From a virus: a stretch of 64,000 nucleotides of DNA. Shown piece by piece: positions 36,293 through 47,522 of this stretch. Under the pieces are notes generated by a model. The model made no database searches. It was not told the DNA's origin and was given only the letters and a program-made list of their open reading frames with translations. The translations under genes and the position numbers were made by a program. Within the stretch, counting starts at the first letter, position 1, and every line of letters starts with the position of its first letter. The stretch is from the IMG/VR virus record IMGVR_UViG_3300029796_000300. The stretch is one strand, 5' to 3'.

Positions 36293-36906
36293 GAGACATA
36301 CCTCGGAATATTGTTATTATCCAGCGTACAGAAACAGTCAAACCCACGGTAAAGGCGGCTATTTTCGTCCAGGCATTCTTTCATAATTGCCTCGCCGGTT
36401 TCCTTATTATTTACCAGTGCGATGTGCGTAGCTTCCTCCTCAATGGCGCTCCGTTCGCATTTGCTTCGCTTGTAAACAACAGCCTTTGCGATGTCAACGG
36501 TGTTGCAGACGGCAATATCATACGGAATATACCGCTCCTCACCGTTCTCGTCCAACGTGTTCGCGATGAAGGAGAACTGCATCGGATGGTCCAGCGAGGT
36601 TACATCCAGAATAGCGTCGCATCCGACACGAGCAATCACCCAAAACGCACGGATTTTCGCCTTCACATATTCAGGTCTCAGCCTCGATGTTTTCAGGCCC
36701 ATCCGGTGAAACCAAATCAGCTCGTAGTCCTGTTCGTCGATGTCAAGGACTCGTTGGCTTGCCAGCGCATTGATAAGAAAATCAACCTGCGCTTGCGTAA
36801 GCTGCGAAGAGAAAAAGCGATACAACCCGCTTCGACTCAGCACAGTACATGACCTCATGAGACATTTCAAATTGTCAACAGGAGCTTCATATAACATAGT
36901 CAGCAC
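36286..36906 (-). CDS. hypothetical protein
   Basis: 206-aa ORF immediately upstream of VirB4-like gene. Confidence 0.55.
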   Translation of the reverse strand: MLTMLYEAPVDNLKCLMRSCTVLSRSGLYRFFSSQLTQAQVDFLINALASQRVLDIDEQDYELIWFHRMGLKTSRLRPEYVKAKIRAFWVIARVGCDAILDVTSLDHPMQFSFIANTLDENGEERYIPYDIAVCNTVDIAKAVVYKRSKCERSAIEEEATHIALVNNKETGEAIMKECLDENSRLYRGFDCFCTLDNNNIPRYVSW

Positions 36907-36936
36907 CTCTCTTGTAAATAGTTTTTTCCATTGAAA

Positions 36937-39429
36937 TCAGCGCCTGAAGGCAGCGCAAGTACGCTTCTGCTCAATTCGGCGCTTCGCAGCGGCTCTTGCT
37001 TTTGGGTCAGTCGTTATCAGGTATTCTTCCGTATCCGTCGCCTTAACATTGATGAAAATGTGGTTCTCATTTGCGGTCAGGAGACAGGTTCCACGGTCCA
37101 TGGTTTTTACACGCTTGAGTTCCTCGTCGGTCAGACCAATCGCATCCGCAATCGCGTTTGCTTCCTCTTTTTCACTGCGCAAAATCATTTTGATTTTGGC
37201 GTTTCCGATGATGGCGGTGCCAATTCCCGCAGAGAAGAAGTCTGCGATATTCTGCGTGGCAGCGACGGCGCTTCCACCGAAGCCTCGGATAGTACGGAAG
37301 ATTTCGACCACGAAATTGGCGGCTTCGATAGGTGCATCGGAGCAGACCAAGCGCCAAGTCTCGTCAATGAAAACACACTTGTTGACGTTCCGATTTTCTT
37401 TGCATTTATCCCAAACATAATCCAATGCAAGGAACATAGCAACAGGAAGAAAGTCTTTCTGCGCATCGGAAACATCCAGCACTACGAACTTGTTGTTAAG
37501 GTTCACATTGGTTTGCGCGTTGAACGAAGATGCAGAACCTGTGGTGTATCGCGTCAGCAAACGGCACAAACGATTTGCTGGTGCGCCCATCTTTTCCAGT
37601 TCAGAATATACATCCGAAAGGATAGGCATTTTACGGTATTTCTTCTTGTCGTTGGGGTCCAACAGGCTCTTGTTCTTATGGGTAATTCCGAAATTGCCGT
37701 AAGTTTTCAGCAGCGCGTCATCCACATACTGCACCTCTTCTGGCGTCATGTCCGGGATAATCAGCTTAAAGAAAATGAGAAGCTGCTGGATTTTCTGTGC
37801 CAAAATCGAGCCGGAAGTGACCAACGCACCATCGTCATCGTAGACGTTGCCCTCTTCCTTCTTGCGTATCTCCATGATATTGATATTCTGTCCGGAGCCA
37901 GGTTTGATTTCAATGAAACTGCCCCCGACCTTCTCACAAAGCGGCAGGAACTCCTTGCCTTTCAGCGGCGCGATAATGAAGGTTTGAACCCCCTTCTCCC
38001 GCATTCTCAATGCCAGAACCTGTGTGGTGAAGGTCTTACCGGAGCCAGAGGAGCCGACAATATTGATGTTGGCATTGATGTATTGCTGGCGGTCGAAGAA
38101 GTTGACCAGAACCGGTGATTTGAACACATCATCCACGCCCAGCATCACGCCGTCCTTATCGCACAGCTCCGAAGATGTGAACATATAGGTGGACGCAAAA
38201 TCGGAACACAGAATATTTCTGCGGCTCTTACGGAATAGGTTTTTGTCATACTCACATACGGGAATGGTGGAGCGAAACGCTTCTGCTTGCTGGAAAGTAC
38301 AAGGCTTGAGAGTCAATTCTCTCTCAATGAAAATGCGCCGGATTTCCTTGAATTTGTAGTCAATTTCTCGCTCGCTTTCGCCTGTAATAGTGAGCATTGT
38401 AGACATATAGGCAAATTCGTCGCCGGCCGAGAGAGAGCTTTTCAGATAGTATCCTGCGTCCACCGCAGCCTTCACATCATCGTAGTCACTACTGGTGGTT
38501 TCTGTGTTGCGGAAGCGCATTGCATTGAACCGCAGGCCATGATGCAGTGCCGTTTGAATTTTCTCCGGTGAAATCTTCTGAAGCCAAACATCCACATCAA
38601 TCCCCTCTCCCAGCCCTGCCAGCAGCTGCATCCAGCCGCCAAGAACGCGCACAGGATAGGCATTGCTCGGAAGATAGCAGCACATATAGTAGATGCCATC
38701 CACGATGATATATCGGGGACTTGACTCCGTATCAATACAGTACGGAGCAAGCACATCATTGACAGGAAGATGCGCCGCGCTATCTCGCGTGAAGTCGATG
38801 TTTGCCGCCGTATATCGGGCAACAACATCCGCCATTCTCTCGTCAAACGGGTGGTTCGCGCTCTGTGCTCTGGACATGATATCGTAAAGCGTGGAAAGCA
38901 CATAGACGTCATCGTGAGGCCTTGAAATCATAATGTTGCCGCAGGCCCGAAGGTTGCTTCTGATGGCGTCCTCCTGTCTCGTAATGGTGCTTCTGATTTC
39001 ATTCCATGATGGTGAACGATGTGCGAATCCCTCTTCTTCCTCATACTGGAATGCGAGAAAGAAGCGACGGGATACGCCTTGCGACGCGCCAAATTCTGAC
39101 ATCATGTTGATTTGCTCCCGCATCAGTTCACGGGTTCCTTCATTCTTTTCATGGCGCACGCTTTCCACCATGCCGGAAATATAGTGTTCGACATTTGCGC
39201 GATTGGACAGAACTTTGATTTGGACAACGCTTGGAAACGAGCGGATTGCAGCCGCATATTGTGCCGTAATCATGTTCTTATCCTCGTTTGACCGTAAGCC
39301 GTAGTTGATAGGAGAGAACTCCATCAACTTCACAAATTTCCCGTCTTTCGTGACGATGATGCCGTCACGGACATCACTTATGGGCGAGAAAGATTGGCAG
39401 CTTATTACTTGTTTCAGTTTTCTGGACAT
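36937..39429 (-). CDS. VirB4/TraE/TcpF-like type IV secretion ATPase
   Basis: Walker A GSSGSGKTF, Walker B VFIDETWRL, size ~830 aa. Confidence 0.85.
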   Translation of the reverse strand: MSRKLKQVISCQSFSPISDVRDGIIVTKDGKFVKLMEFSPINYGLRSNEDKNMITAQYAAAIRSFPSVVQIKVLSNRANVEHYISGMVESVRHEKNEGTRELMREQINMMSEFGASQGVSRRFFLAFQYEEEEGFAHRSPSWNEIRSTITRQEDAIRSNLRACGNIMISRPHDDVYVLSTLYDIMSRAQSANHPFDERMADVVARYTAANIDFTRDSAAHLPVNDVLAPYCIDTESSPRYIIVDGIYYMCCYLPSNAYPVRVLGGWMQLLAGLGEGIDVDVWLQKISPEKIQTALHHGLRFNAMRFRNTETTSSDYDDVKAAVDAGYYLKSSLSAGDEFAYMSTMLTITGESEREIDYKFKEIRRIFIERELTLKPCTFQQAEAFRSTIPVCEYDKNLFRKSRRNILCSDFASTYMFTSSELCDKDGVMLGVDDVFKSPVLVNFFDRQQYINANINIVGSSGSGKTFTTQVLALRMREKGVQTFIIAPLKGKEFLPLCEKVGGSFIEIKPGSGQNINIMEIRKKEEGNVYDDDGALVTSGSILAQKIQQLLIFFKLIIPDMTPEEVQYVDDALLKTYGNFGITHKNKSLLDPNDKKKYRKMPILSDVYSELEKMGAPANRLCRLLTRYTTGSASSFNAQTNVNLNNKFVVLDVSDAQKDFLPVAMFLALDYVWDKCKENRNVNKCVFIDETWRLVCSDAPIEAANFVVEIFRTIRGFGGSAVAATQNIADFFSAGIGTAIIGNAKIKMILRSEKEEANAIADAIGLTDEELKRVKTMDRGTCLLTANENHIFINVKATDTEEYLITTDPKARAAAKRRIEQKRTCAAFRR

Positions 39430-40301
39430 TAAAACAAATCCTCCTCGTCAAGTTCTTCATCTTCCCCATCCGCGTCGCCTTCGGCGTCAGAATTATCCTC
39501 TGCCGCAGGCTCCAGTTGCGTTTCACACGCGGGGGGATTATCGTCAGATTCCTCGGCGTCAGGCATCTCGTTAGCGTCATCGTTGCTCAATTCCACATCG
39601 TCGGCCCCGCCCAAATCCGGCAACGGCAGGCCAGATTCCTCAACGGTGCTGCTGTCGATATCCTCCGTAAATCCGTCCAGTTCCAACGAGGTATCGTCAT
39701 CCTCTTCCAGGACTTCCACTTCAACGAAGGATTGGTTGTGCTTTGATTTATGGCGATTGCCGGCGGTGCCGCTCGGCGTTCCATCGCCATCGTCATCTTC
39801 ATCAATGTAGTTGCCCTCAAGTGAACTGTCAGGTGCAAACTCGAATGTTTTGCCTTCAACCATCTCCTGACTCGCCCGTTCGGCGGCCTTCTTTTCCTTT
39901 CTGGTATCCAGAAAATCCCTGAGTTTGTCGCCCATGCCATCTTCCGACATCATGAGCTTAATGGGGGCTTCCTTCAACGCTCGTGCTTCGTTGTTGAACA
40001 GCATCAGCCCCCGTTTTCTTCGCCATGAAAAGAAAATCTTGATAAAGGTGGACAGCGGGTCGCCGTTCACTCCAAACAAGCCAAGCAGGCCAAGTGGTGC
40101 GGAAAGGAATATGACCAGGGATATTTTTGTAGTGATAGGAACTGAAATGACATTCCAAAAGAAAATTGCCAATACCCCCGAAATCAATCCTCCTTCCACT
40201 ACATTGCGTGTCTTTAACTGCCCTTGAAATAGTCTGGATTCTCCCATAAAATTTTCTGGAATAATGAACTGTTTCAAGTCCTCGTTACGCTTATCGCTCA
40301 C
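39429..40301 (-). CDS. VirB3/TcpE-like small membrane protein with long acidic C-terminal tail
   Basis: Two TM segments N-terminal; position directly upstream of VirB4. Confidence 0.45.
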   Translation of the reverse strand: MSDKRNEDLKQFIIPENFMGESRLFQGQLKTRNVVEGGLISGVLAIFFWNVISVPITTKISLVIFLSAPLGLLGLFGVNGDPLSTFIKIFFSWRRKRGLMLFNNEARALKEAPIKLMMSEDGMGDKLRDFLDTRKEKKAAERASQEMVEGKTFEFAPDSSLEGNYIDEDDDGDGTPSGTAGNRHKSKHNQSFVEVEVLEEDDDTSLELDGFTEDIDSSTVEESGLPLPDLGGADDVELSNDDANEMPDAEESDDNPPACETQLEPAAEDNSDAEGDADGEDEELDEEDLF

Positions 40302-40389
40302 GAGAATGCAAGCCTCCTTTCAAAAAAGCCGTTTCAAAGAAAAGCGCGGCTCCGACTCCGGGTGGAGGGGAGCCGCACCGAAACGGTCG

Positions 40390-41643
40390 TCAGGCGTTGG
40401 GGAAATTCATGGGGCCTTGGGTGCCGATGCACCGGCACAGAATCATCCCGTTGTCCAAATAATTAAGAACCTTCAGCCGGACGGTCGAACCACGCGGAGG
40501 CTCGCTCCCAAGGAATTTCGCAGGCATATTGTTCACGAGTACGGGTAAATCGTACATCTTGATATACGCCAACACATTGATATTCCCAGGCTGCTTCTTA
40601 CTCGCTGCCACGGAAGATACGATGCCAAACACGATGGAGCCGATTGGAAGAGCACTGCGCATTTGCTTCGCACGCTCCAACTCAGGCTGCTTACAGTTCA
40701 CCTCGACGATGTGGTGGCCATCTTTCTCTTTGATGATTTGCTCTACCTGAACCATAATTTCCTGCCCCACCTTGTATTTGGTTCTCGCGTCAACAAGGTA
40801 CTCGAAAGTCAGGGCGTGGAGCGACACCCGCGTATCGACTCCGCCAACCACAACGGCAATGCTGTCGCGTGCCACAGAGGTAATCTGAGCACGAACAAAA
40901 TCGCCTTCCTGAATGCGCGGGCCATCACCGTTAGGTCGGTCTCCGTAATTTGCCTCCTCAATAATGTCGAGCGCAGCCTTACGGGACGCGACAATGACAT
41001 AAGCCGGAACTCCGGCTTCAGCATCGGTGCTTTCATCGACCTGGATAGTCGTAATCACCATCGGCACATTCAGGGAATACAACTTTGCCGCCATCGTAGC
41101 GCAGCGGTTGACGTACTCTTCACGACCGGCCTTAGTTTCCATATTTACCGTCGCCATATCAATGGGATTCTTCTGATAGAACTCGTCAAAGGGAATGGAA
41201 ACCTTGTAGCGGCCCTCTACGAGCGCGATAATCATGACACAGGGAACTTCCGAATCCACATCGTTTCGCTGCTCAATATGAGAGACGAGACCGTTTACGA
41301 TGCTGTGGTTTTTGGCTGCGACCGTCAACGAAGAAAGCCCGATAAGAAACTCCTGATAAGCACGGACAGACTCACTTCTTTCCGCTCTCCGCCGTCTTGC
41401 CTCCCTCAGTACATCAGCACGGGTAGGCTTCCCTTTGGGAGCGGTTTCCTCCGCGCCGGACTGCTCAGGTTCGTTTCCATCAAGCCCTTCAAAGAGTGCC
41501 TGCATCTCTGCGTCCTCCTCATTGGGGGCCTGCGTTTCAACGCTCTCTGCGGTGGAGGATTGGACGTTGCTCTGTTCCTCAGCGGGAGCCTGCACTTCAG
41601 CGTTTTCCTCGATTGAAGCAGCTGCTCCATCTTTTTTGACCAT
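40390..41643 (-). CDS. hypothetical protein with acidic N-terminus and S1/OB-like segment
   Basis: GDFVRAQITSVARDSIAVVVGGVDTRVSL resembles S1 domain; inference. Confidence 0.5.
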   Translation of the reverse strand: MVKKDGAAASIEENAEVQAPAEEQSNVQSSTAESVETQAPNEEDAEMQALFEGLDGNEPEQSGAEETAPKGKPTRADVLREARRRRAERSESVRAYQEFLIGLSSLTVAAKNHSIVNGLVSHIEQRNDVDSEVPCVMIIALVEGRYKVSIPFDEFYQKNPIDMATVNMETKAGREEYVNRCATMAAKLYSLNVPMVITTIQVDESTDAEAGVPAYVIVASRKAALDIIEEANYGDRPNGDGPRIQEGDFVRAQITSVARDSIAVVVGGVDTRVSLHALTFEYLVDARTKYKVGQEIMVQVEQIIKEKDGHHIVEVNCKQPELERAKQMRSALPIGSIVFGIVSSVAASKKQPGNINVLAYIKMYDLPVLVNNMPAKFLGSEPPRGSTVRLKVLNYLDNGMILCRCIGTQGPMNFPNA

Positions 41644-41719
41644 TGCTATTGCCTCCTTTGCGTTATTTTGGGCATCTTAATGCCCTACGCTTTTATTATT
41701 ACAACCTTTCATTCAAAAG

Positions 41720-42331
41720 TCAATTTTTTCGCGGATTTTCAAAAGTAAAAGACCTATGAACGGAATCCCGCTCATAGGCCTTCTTCTTGTTTTTCAATGA
41801 TAACCCGATGATAGTGAGTACATAGGACGACTCGATGTCCGTTCTCGGAATCAATCCGACAATGGAGCTGCGGCTGTCAAGGCTGTTGTTTCGATTATCC
41901 CCCAGCACAAAGTAATAGTCCTCCTCCACGGTGAGAGGAAACGATATGCCATCGTCATATTCGATGTTGGTCGGGGTATTCGTGTACGGTTCACTCAGCG
42001 CGATTCCGTTGCGATAGACCACCCCCTGTTCGAAATCAATGTCGATGGTATCACCGGGGCAACCAATAATACGCTTAACGATATTTTCATCCAGACCGCT
42101 CGAATTGCAAACAACAATGCTCTCAAACTCCAGATTCGGCTTAATGTGATTTGTCAGAATCACACTATTGTCCGCAAGCGTCGGCACCATAGAAGGGCCG
42201 GACACCACAACAACATTGAACAGGATTCGGAACAAAAGAAGAGCGATAATAAGCCCCTCCATGGAACCCTTGAGCACTTCACGGCTCCATACAGTGCGGT
42301 TGGTGAGATTTTGTTCTTTCATTGGAATCAC
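41720..42331 (-). CDS. lepB: signal peptidase I (S26 family)
   Basis: SGPSMVPTL (Ser box) and GDNRNNSLDSR motifs. Confidence 0.8.
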   Translation of the reverse strand: MIPMKEQNLTNRTVWSREVLKGSMEGLIIALLLFRILFNVVVVSGPSMVPTLADNSVILTNHIKPNLEFESIVVCNSSGLDENIVKRIIGCPGDTIDIDFEQGVVYRNGIALSEPYTNTPTNIEYDDGISFPLTVEEDYYFVLGDNRNNSLDSRSSIVGLIPRTDIESSYVLTIIGLSLKNKKKAYERDSVHRSFTFENPRKN

Positions 42332-42348
42332 CTCTTCTTTACGCTTAT

Positions 42349-42377
42349 ATTATACCACACTTTATCTTATTTGTAAA
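42349..42377 (-). promoter_or_regulatory. type A promoter TTTACA-N17-TATAAT with TGTGG
   Basis: rc: TTTACAAATAAGATAAAGTGTGGTATAAT. Confidence 0.55.
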
Positions 42378-42464
42378 GTATCGAATGAAGTGACCTTACA
42401 TACAACGGCGCAAGCAAAAAGGCACGTCAACGAAATGTTGGCGTGCCTGTGGCCTGTGCTGATA

Positions 42465-44741
42465 TTACCGCATCCCCGGCAGCTTCCCCGACATTCTCGG
42501 TTTCCCTGTAGTCGGCGTAGAACTGAAGCTGCGCTTCGGCGGTGCTGGGCGCTTCCCACCCTGCGCTACATCTTTTGCTTCGGCAGGCGTGGGGGCTTCC
42601 TTCGGTTTGCTTATGTCTTCCTGCTGCGGTTCTGTTTCGTCCTCGGCGCTTTCCAAGTCGATATCTGCGTTCGGCTTTGCGTCAACGGACAGTACCGGCT
42701 CCTGCTGTGCAGGTGGTGCTGAAGGTTCGACCGCCTGCTCCTCGTCTGTCTCGTCTACCTCGATGTATTCATCACCGCAGTCCTCGACCTCTATCACATC
42801 GTCATCGGAGCCTTTCTTATTTATCTCCTTGACGTATGCAATAACGGCATCCTTGCTCTCTTCCCAAATGCTTTGTACTGGTATCGAGTTGCACATCCCC
42901 GTGTACGAACGGTCTACCTCGTTGATGTGCGGATGCGTGATATTGAAAGTGTCCAGAATATTTTGCTGACGCTGATAAAACAGCTCTCGCCCCTCTTTGT
43001 CGGTGATGGGTGGGATTTCACGGAAGTCAAAATTGCTGAGTTTCTTGGCGTCCGTATGAAGCGTGTGGGGGTATTTTTTCGCAAGTATAGGGTTATGCCC
43101 CTGAAAGATAATGATGCTGTCGTTCTTCCCCATCTTAAATGCTTCATCCAGCCCCACCAGCGCACGCTTACCTTCGCCAGATGACCAGTTGTGAAGGAAC
43201 TCGTTGTTTTTCAGCAGCGTTTCCATCGCCTTATGCTGGTTGGTCCGGACGTTTACGGTCGTATCACCGATACGAGAGGACACCATTTTCGCGGTAAATT
43301 CGTCGTTGATACCAAGGCTCACTAATGTCGAGCAGTTACTCAGGAGGGTTGCCCAGGTTGTCTGGTAGTTGTTCTGAAGCTGGGTGATGTCCTGAAATAT
43401 CATGCAGACATTCATGGCACGCTTTCGAATCGTCGCCATTTTTCGGTCAAAATCCGGAATCGTGCCGATGGACGGAAACTCGTCCAGCAGGAAATCAACA
43501 GGGACATCGAGCTTACGGTCCTTGCCGTTATTATCCGCGTCGTTGATAAGGGTAATGAACAGCATGGAGAAGAACAGGGATACGATGAATTTGTAGGTGT
43601 CATGGCTATCAGGGAAAATGCAGAAATAAGCGCAAGGCTGCTTTCCGGGCAGAGACATATCAATGCAGGGGGTGGAGAGCAGCGTCCGCACTTTTGCGTC
43701 ATCCATAACCCCGATATCTGCCGCAAGGTTCACAATGAGGTTGCCGCGAAGATTCGGTGAGGACTGCTTGAAGGTCATGTACGGTCCGACGCAGGGTTGT
43801 TCCTCCGGCGTAAGACTGTCCGGGTCAAACATCATATCCAGATATGTCTCTCCCCCTGGGTTCTTGAGCATCTGATGGACAGAGTTGATATTTTTCTTCT
43901 CAGGCGGGTAGTCATGTCCAAGCGCAACGCGCAGAAGGAGCGCCTTCAGAAGAGATTTCGGCCCGCTCTCGTAAATGCCAGCACTCCCTCCGGCGTTGGA
44001 AATAATAACATTTGCAAAAATCTCTGCATTTTCGCCAATACGTTCCGGGTCTGCCAAAAGTGAGTCCATACAGTTCCAGCCGTCGCTCTTGCTGATATTG
44101 TGCAGGTCGAAGCGTCGCACGACATATCCGTTGTCCATGAAGTACCTTGCCATATCTGCGTAAAGACCGCCGTCCGGGTCTGTGAATATCAGGGATTCCC
44201 GGCGTTTTACCGCCTGGAAAGCGTAGTTCTTTGTAAAGGTATAGGTCTTGCCGCAGCCTGACGCGCCGATGACGGCGATGTGCCGGTTCGCACGGTTCAT
44301 TTTATCCTCTCGGAATACAATGGGGTAGCGGCCTGTCTCGTCCAGCTGTCCGAGGATAGTGCCAACTGCCTGCGGCTCATGCTGGATGATGGCGACATCC
44401 TCGTATTCTTTCGGGTCCTCAAAGTGCGCTTCTCCGTATGTCTTGCGGCCAATCGCCATGGAAAACAAGCGACCCATCTTATCGACGCCCGCTTCCTCGG
44501 AAGCGGAGTATGCCATCAGGATGGAAATGCCAATACCGATGAAAAGAAAACAGCCGAGGAACATCTTCCACGGAAAGCCGTACTCACCGAAGAGGCGAAT
44601 TAAACGGAACGGGTTGAGCGTGGACTTCACTACGGAAATGCTGAGAACAATCCCCGTCATGTAAATAGACAATATGAGGACTACCAGCAATGCGATTTTC
44701 AGTCTGCGAATCAGATTCTGCTGTTGTTGAGTCATGGTCAC
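42465..44741 (-). CDS. VirD4/TraG/TcpA-like type IV coupling protein
   Basis: N-terminal TM helices; Walker A GASGCGKT; Walker B-like FLLDEFPSIG; size 758 aa. Confidence 0.75.
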   Translation of the reverse strand: MTMTQQQQNLIRRLKIALLVVLILSIYMTGIVLSISVVKSTLNPFRLIRLFGEYGFPWKMFLGCFLFIGIGISILMAYSASEEAGVDKMGRLFSMAIGRKTYGEAHFEDPKEYEDVAIIQHEPQAVGTILGQLDETGRYPIVFREDKMNRANRHIAVIGASGCGKTYTFTKNYAFQAVKRRESLIFTDPDGGLYADMARYFMDNGYVVRRFDLHNISKSDGWNCMDSLLADPERIGENAEIFANVIISNAGGSAGIYESGPKSLLKALLLRVALGHDYPPEKKNINSVHQMLKNPGGETYLDMMFDPDSLTPEEQPCVGPYMTFKQSSPNLRGNLIVNLAADIGVMDDAKVRTLLSTPCIDMSLPGKQPCAYFCIFPDSHDTYKFIVSLFFSMLFITLINDADNNGKDRKLDVPVDFLLDEFPSIGTIPDFDRKMATIRKRAMNVCMIFQDITQLQNNYQTTWATLLSNCSTLVSLGINDEFTAKMVSSRIGDTTVNVRTNQHKAMETLLKNNEFLHNWSSGEGKRALVGLDEAFKMGKNDSIIIFQGHNPILAKKYPHTLHTDAKKLSNFDFREIPPITDKEGRELFYQRQQNILDTFNITHPHINEVDRSYTGMCNSIPVQSIWEESKDAVIAYVKEINKKGSDDDVIEVEDCGDEYIEVDETDEEQAVEPSAPPAQQEPVLSVDAKPNADIDLESAEDETEPQQEDISKPKEAPTPAEAKDVAQGGKRPAPPKRSFSSTPTTGKPRMSGKLPGMR

Positions 44742-44749
44742 TTACCTCC

Positions 44750-46075
44750 TCACCGTCCGCCGTAAGCGGGCCAGTATGTATTTTGCGCGAGATTGCCTCG
44801 CTCCACAGAATCTCCGACGCCATCACGCGGACGCTCAAATTTCAGGCACCACAGGAGTCCGGCCTCATACGCGCCATCTGATGTATTAGGCAGGTCCTTG
44901 ATGGCGTTCCACGCTGTACGCTCCGAAGATTCGATTTCGGTCTTGAAAAACCAGAGCTGTCCTTCTATAGAGTCTTCAGCAAAACCGTTTTCCTGCAAAA
45001 AGCTCAGTAGTGCTGTCTTTCTGCTATAGGACCACTGGCATAAACCATAACCTTCTCCCAGTCCATCTCCGTATGCGTTTTTATCCTCATGTCTTGCCGG
45101 GTTAAAACCAGATTCATTTTGGATATTTGCCATAACCCCGCAGGCGGCAGCATTGTTCAGGCCAAGTTCTTCTGTCAGGAAGGAGAACACCTTCTCCTTG
45201 TTGGTGCCGCCCTGGATTTCCGAAAATGCTGTTTCAGGATATTCTACATGAACGATATAGCCGTTTTTCGCGGCTTTGTATGTGGTCGATGCTGTATAGT
45301 GGTTTTTTGCAACACCGCCGCCTGGGATTTGACCGCCGCCAGTTGTGTTGCCCTCGACCGTGTACCATCCAGTTTCATCCACCTCAACAATGATACCGAT
45401 GTGATTAAAAGGCTTAGCCAGCCTTAGATTACCAGTCTCTGAAAAAAACATAAGGTCGCCCGGAACTGGTGTATAAGAACCACCGAACGGGGTTGTGCTT
45501 CGAACGGGATAGTATGCGTAGCCGTATCTTCCCGTGAGTTTCTTGAACATACTTGAGCAACTGGCATCCTTTGGAATTGTATTTTCCAAAAGGTCACATT
45601 CATTTGCGCACCAAGAGACAAACGCCGCGCACCACTGTCCGGAACGGTGGCTGCCATAGTACCAGTCGTTGTATTTGACATAATTCGAGTTCGGCGGGAT
45701 TTCAATGGAATCATCCAAGCCGAGTTGGCTGAGCGCGACTTCAACGATATTGCTGCCATTTCCGCCTTCTCCAGTCGAAACACCAAGGTATTGCTTTGTG
45801 GTCAGAATGTTATTCCGATACCACTCTTCCTGATACCCTGCTTGCCGCTCATATTCGTTTCCGGTGTCGTCATCCGTCCAGTCCTTCTCAAGATACTTAT
45901 TATAGTCCCAGCCGAAGGAGGTTTCATACGATTCCTGGACTTCATCCCAATGCTCACCAAATGCGCCGCTTACGCTCTTGCCGTCAATGGCAAATACGGT
46001 AGCTGTCATGCAGGATACCGAGAGAATACCGCACAGCAGTGAGGAAAGCATCTTTTTCCAGATATGGGTAGTCAT
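44750..46075 (-). CDS. secreted bifunctional peptidoglycan hydrolase: CHAP domain + lysozyme-like domain (CwlT/TcpG-like)
   Basis: Signal peptide; GQWCAAFVSWCANE (CHAP Cys); CGVMANIQNESGFNP...GYGLCQW lysozyme-like. Confidence 0.7.
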   Translation of the reverse strand: MTTHIWKKMLSSLLCGILSVSCMTATVFAIDGKSVSGAFGEHWDEVQESYETSFGWDYNKYLEKDWTDDDTGNEYERQAGYQEEWYRNNILTTKQYLGVSTGEGGNGSNIVEVALSQLGLDDSIEIPPNSNYVKYNDWYYGSHRSGQWCAAFVSWCANECDLLENTIPKDASCSSMFKKLTGRYGYAYYPVRSTTPFGGSYTPVPGDLMFFSETGNLRLAKPFNHIGIIVEVDETGWYTVEGNTTGGGQIPGGGVAKNHYTASTTYKAAKNGYIVHVEYPETAFSEIQGGTNKEKVFSFLTEELGLNNAAACGVMANIQNESGFNPARHEDKNAYGDGLGEGYGLCQWSYSRKTALLSFLQENGFAEDSIEGQLWFFKTEIESSERTAWNAIKDLPNTSDGAYEAGLLWCLKFERPRDGVGDSVERGNLAQNTYWPAYGGR

Positions 46076-46096
46076 GCAGAGCCTCCTTTCCTCGCG

Positions 46097-47422
46097 TTAT
46101 GCTGCGGGTTCTTCTTCAAGTTCATCTTCGGGTTCTTGAGCAGTATCGTCTTCCGACTGCGAAACTCCAATGCCACTCAAATCTCCACTCCAGAAGCCCA
46201 TGATATCTGTTGCCAATTCATCTATGGAACGCATGGAGATAGATACTGAAAAATAAGCAGAATAATGTGTAATACCATCATCATCAACATACGATGTTAA
46301 ATTGATGGCGGAAGAGTCAGAAAAATCAGGGGACGTTACAACAAACAGCAGGTCTGCTGCCGGAGCCATGTGGTTCTCATATTCCTCACGAATATCTCTT
46401 GCATAGTCTTCATTGCTGCTCAGAGTCCCCGCCTGTGCAAGCTCCAGGCTCTTTGCCGTAATATCCTGTTTCATCTGTTCCTCCAGATACTGCGGCATAA
46501 AAGTGCCGCACCACGTCTTTGCGTAGCCATTGACGCCGCTTGCGCCTCCAATATTGAAGGAAACGCCGTTTCCGGCAAAGGTCTTATAGTAGCCAAGCCA
46601 TTTCATGAAATCTGACAACTTCTGATTATCCAGGGAGCCGGCTTTCATGACGGTGTAGGCGGAGAGCAGCTTAATGGCATCGCTCTTGGTGGTCGGCGAT
46701 TTCACTACGCAGACAGTTGCCCCGTCCCAAACACCGCTTCCGGCATACATCTGAGCGAGCTTTGTGTTGATGCTTAGCTCTGCATTGTGTATCGCCGTCT
46801 CAATTTGGTCGGCCCGTTTGTCCAGCTTTTTCTGCGCAGCAGAAACCTTTTCATCAAGAGTTGTTTTTTCGTTTGCTTCGTTCATTGTGACGTACAATTC
46901 ATATCCATCTTCAGTCAGAATGTCTGATTCATCGTCAACGGCATCATCTTTTGTGAACCAAGATTGTAAGCCATTCCAGATACTGCGGAACCAACCGGAA
47001 ACAGCGTCCCCAATACGGGACAGCCCTTCTCCAGACAATCTTACGCCTGCCTTCAGCGTTGCCTCGACTCCGGCCACAAAGGTGCTTTTGTCAGAGCCGT
47101 AGACGTCAGATTCCCACTGCTCTTCGATATCCGCAAAATAAGTCGATACACCCTCGTAAATGGAGATAGGCAACGCATACAGGAACATGGTCGTAATCAG
47201 CACGAAAGATATGACAGGTATCAACAAGATAAGGAGAATTTTTTTGAGCGTTTCCGGGTCCTTTACTACTTCTGCTGCCGCTCCTGCCACATCGCCAGCC
47301 GCAGCGTGTGCAGCGGCTTTACCTAATGTTTTGGCGGTTCTCGCGGCATCCGCACCCATTTTTACCGCTCCTTGTATATCCCGTTCTACGGAATCGGAGA
47401 CTTTTTCGTTTCTGTCATCCAT
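46097..47422 (-). CDS. membrane protein of conjugation block (single TM after Ala-rich N-terminus)
   Basis: 441-aa ORF with hydrophobic segment LILLIPVISFVLITTMFLYALPI. Confidence 0.6.
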   Translation of the reverse strand: MDDRNEKVSDSVERDIQGAVKMGADAARTAKTLGKAAAHAAAGDVAGAAAEVVKDPETLKKILLILLIPVISFVLITTMFLYALPISIYEGVSTYFADIEEQWESDVYGSDKSTFVAGVEATLKAGVRLSGEGLSRIGDAVSGWFRSIWNGLQSWFTKDDAVDDESDILTEDGYELYVTMNEANEKTTLDEKVSAAQKKLDKRADQIETAIHNAELSINTKLAQMYAGSGVWDGATVCVVKSPTTKSDAIKLLSAYTVMKAGSLDNQKLSDFMKWLGYYKTFAGNGVSFNIGGASGVNGYAKTWCGTFMPQYLEEQMKQDITAKSLELAQAGTLSSNEDYARDIREEYENHMAPAADLLFVVTSPDFSDSSAINLTSYVDDDGITHYSAYFSVSISMRSIDELATDIMGFWSGDLSGIGVSQSEDDTAQEPEDELEEEPAA

Positions 47423-47522
47423 AAAATCACTCCTTTCCGTGTTGTAATGAGCCTCATGATTGTGTCCTATACCGCCACCCGCCGCCCGGTGAAAATGCTG
47501 GACGGCGGGTGGGTTTGTGGTG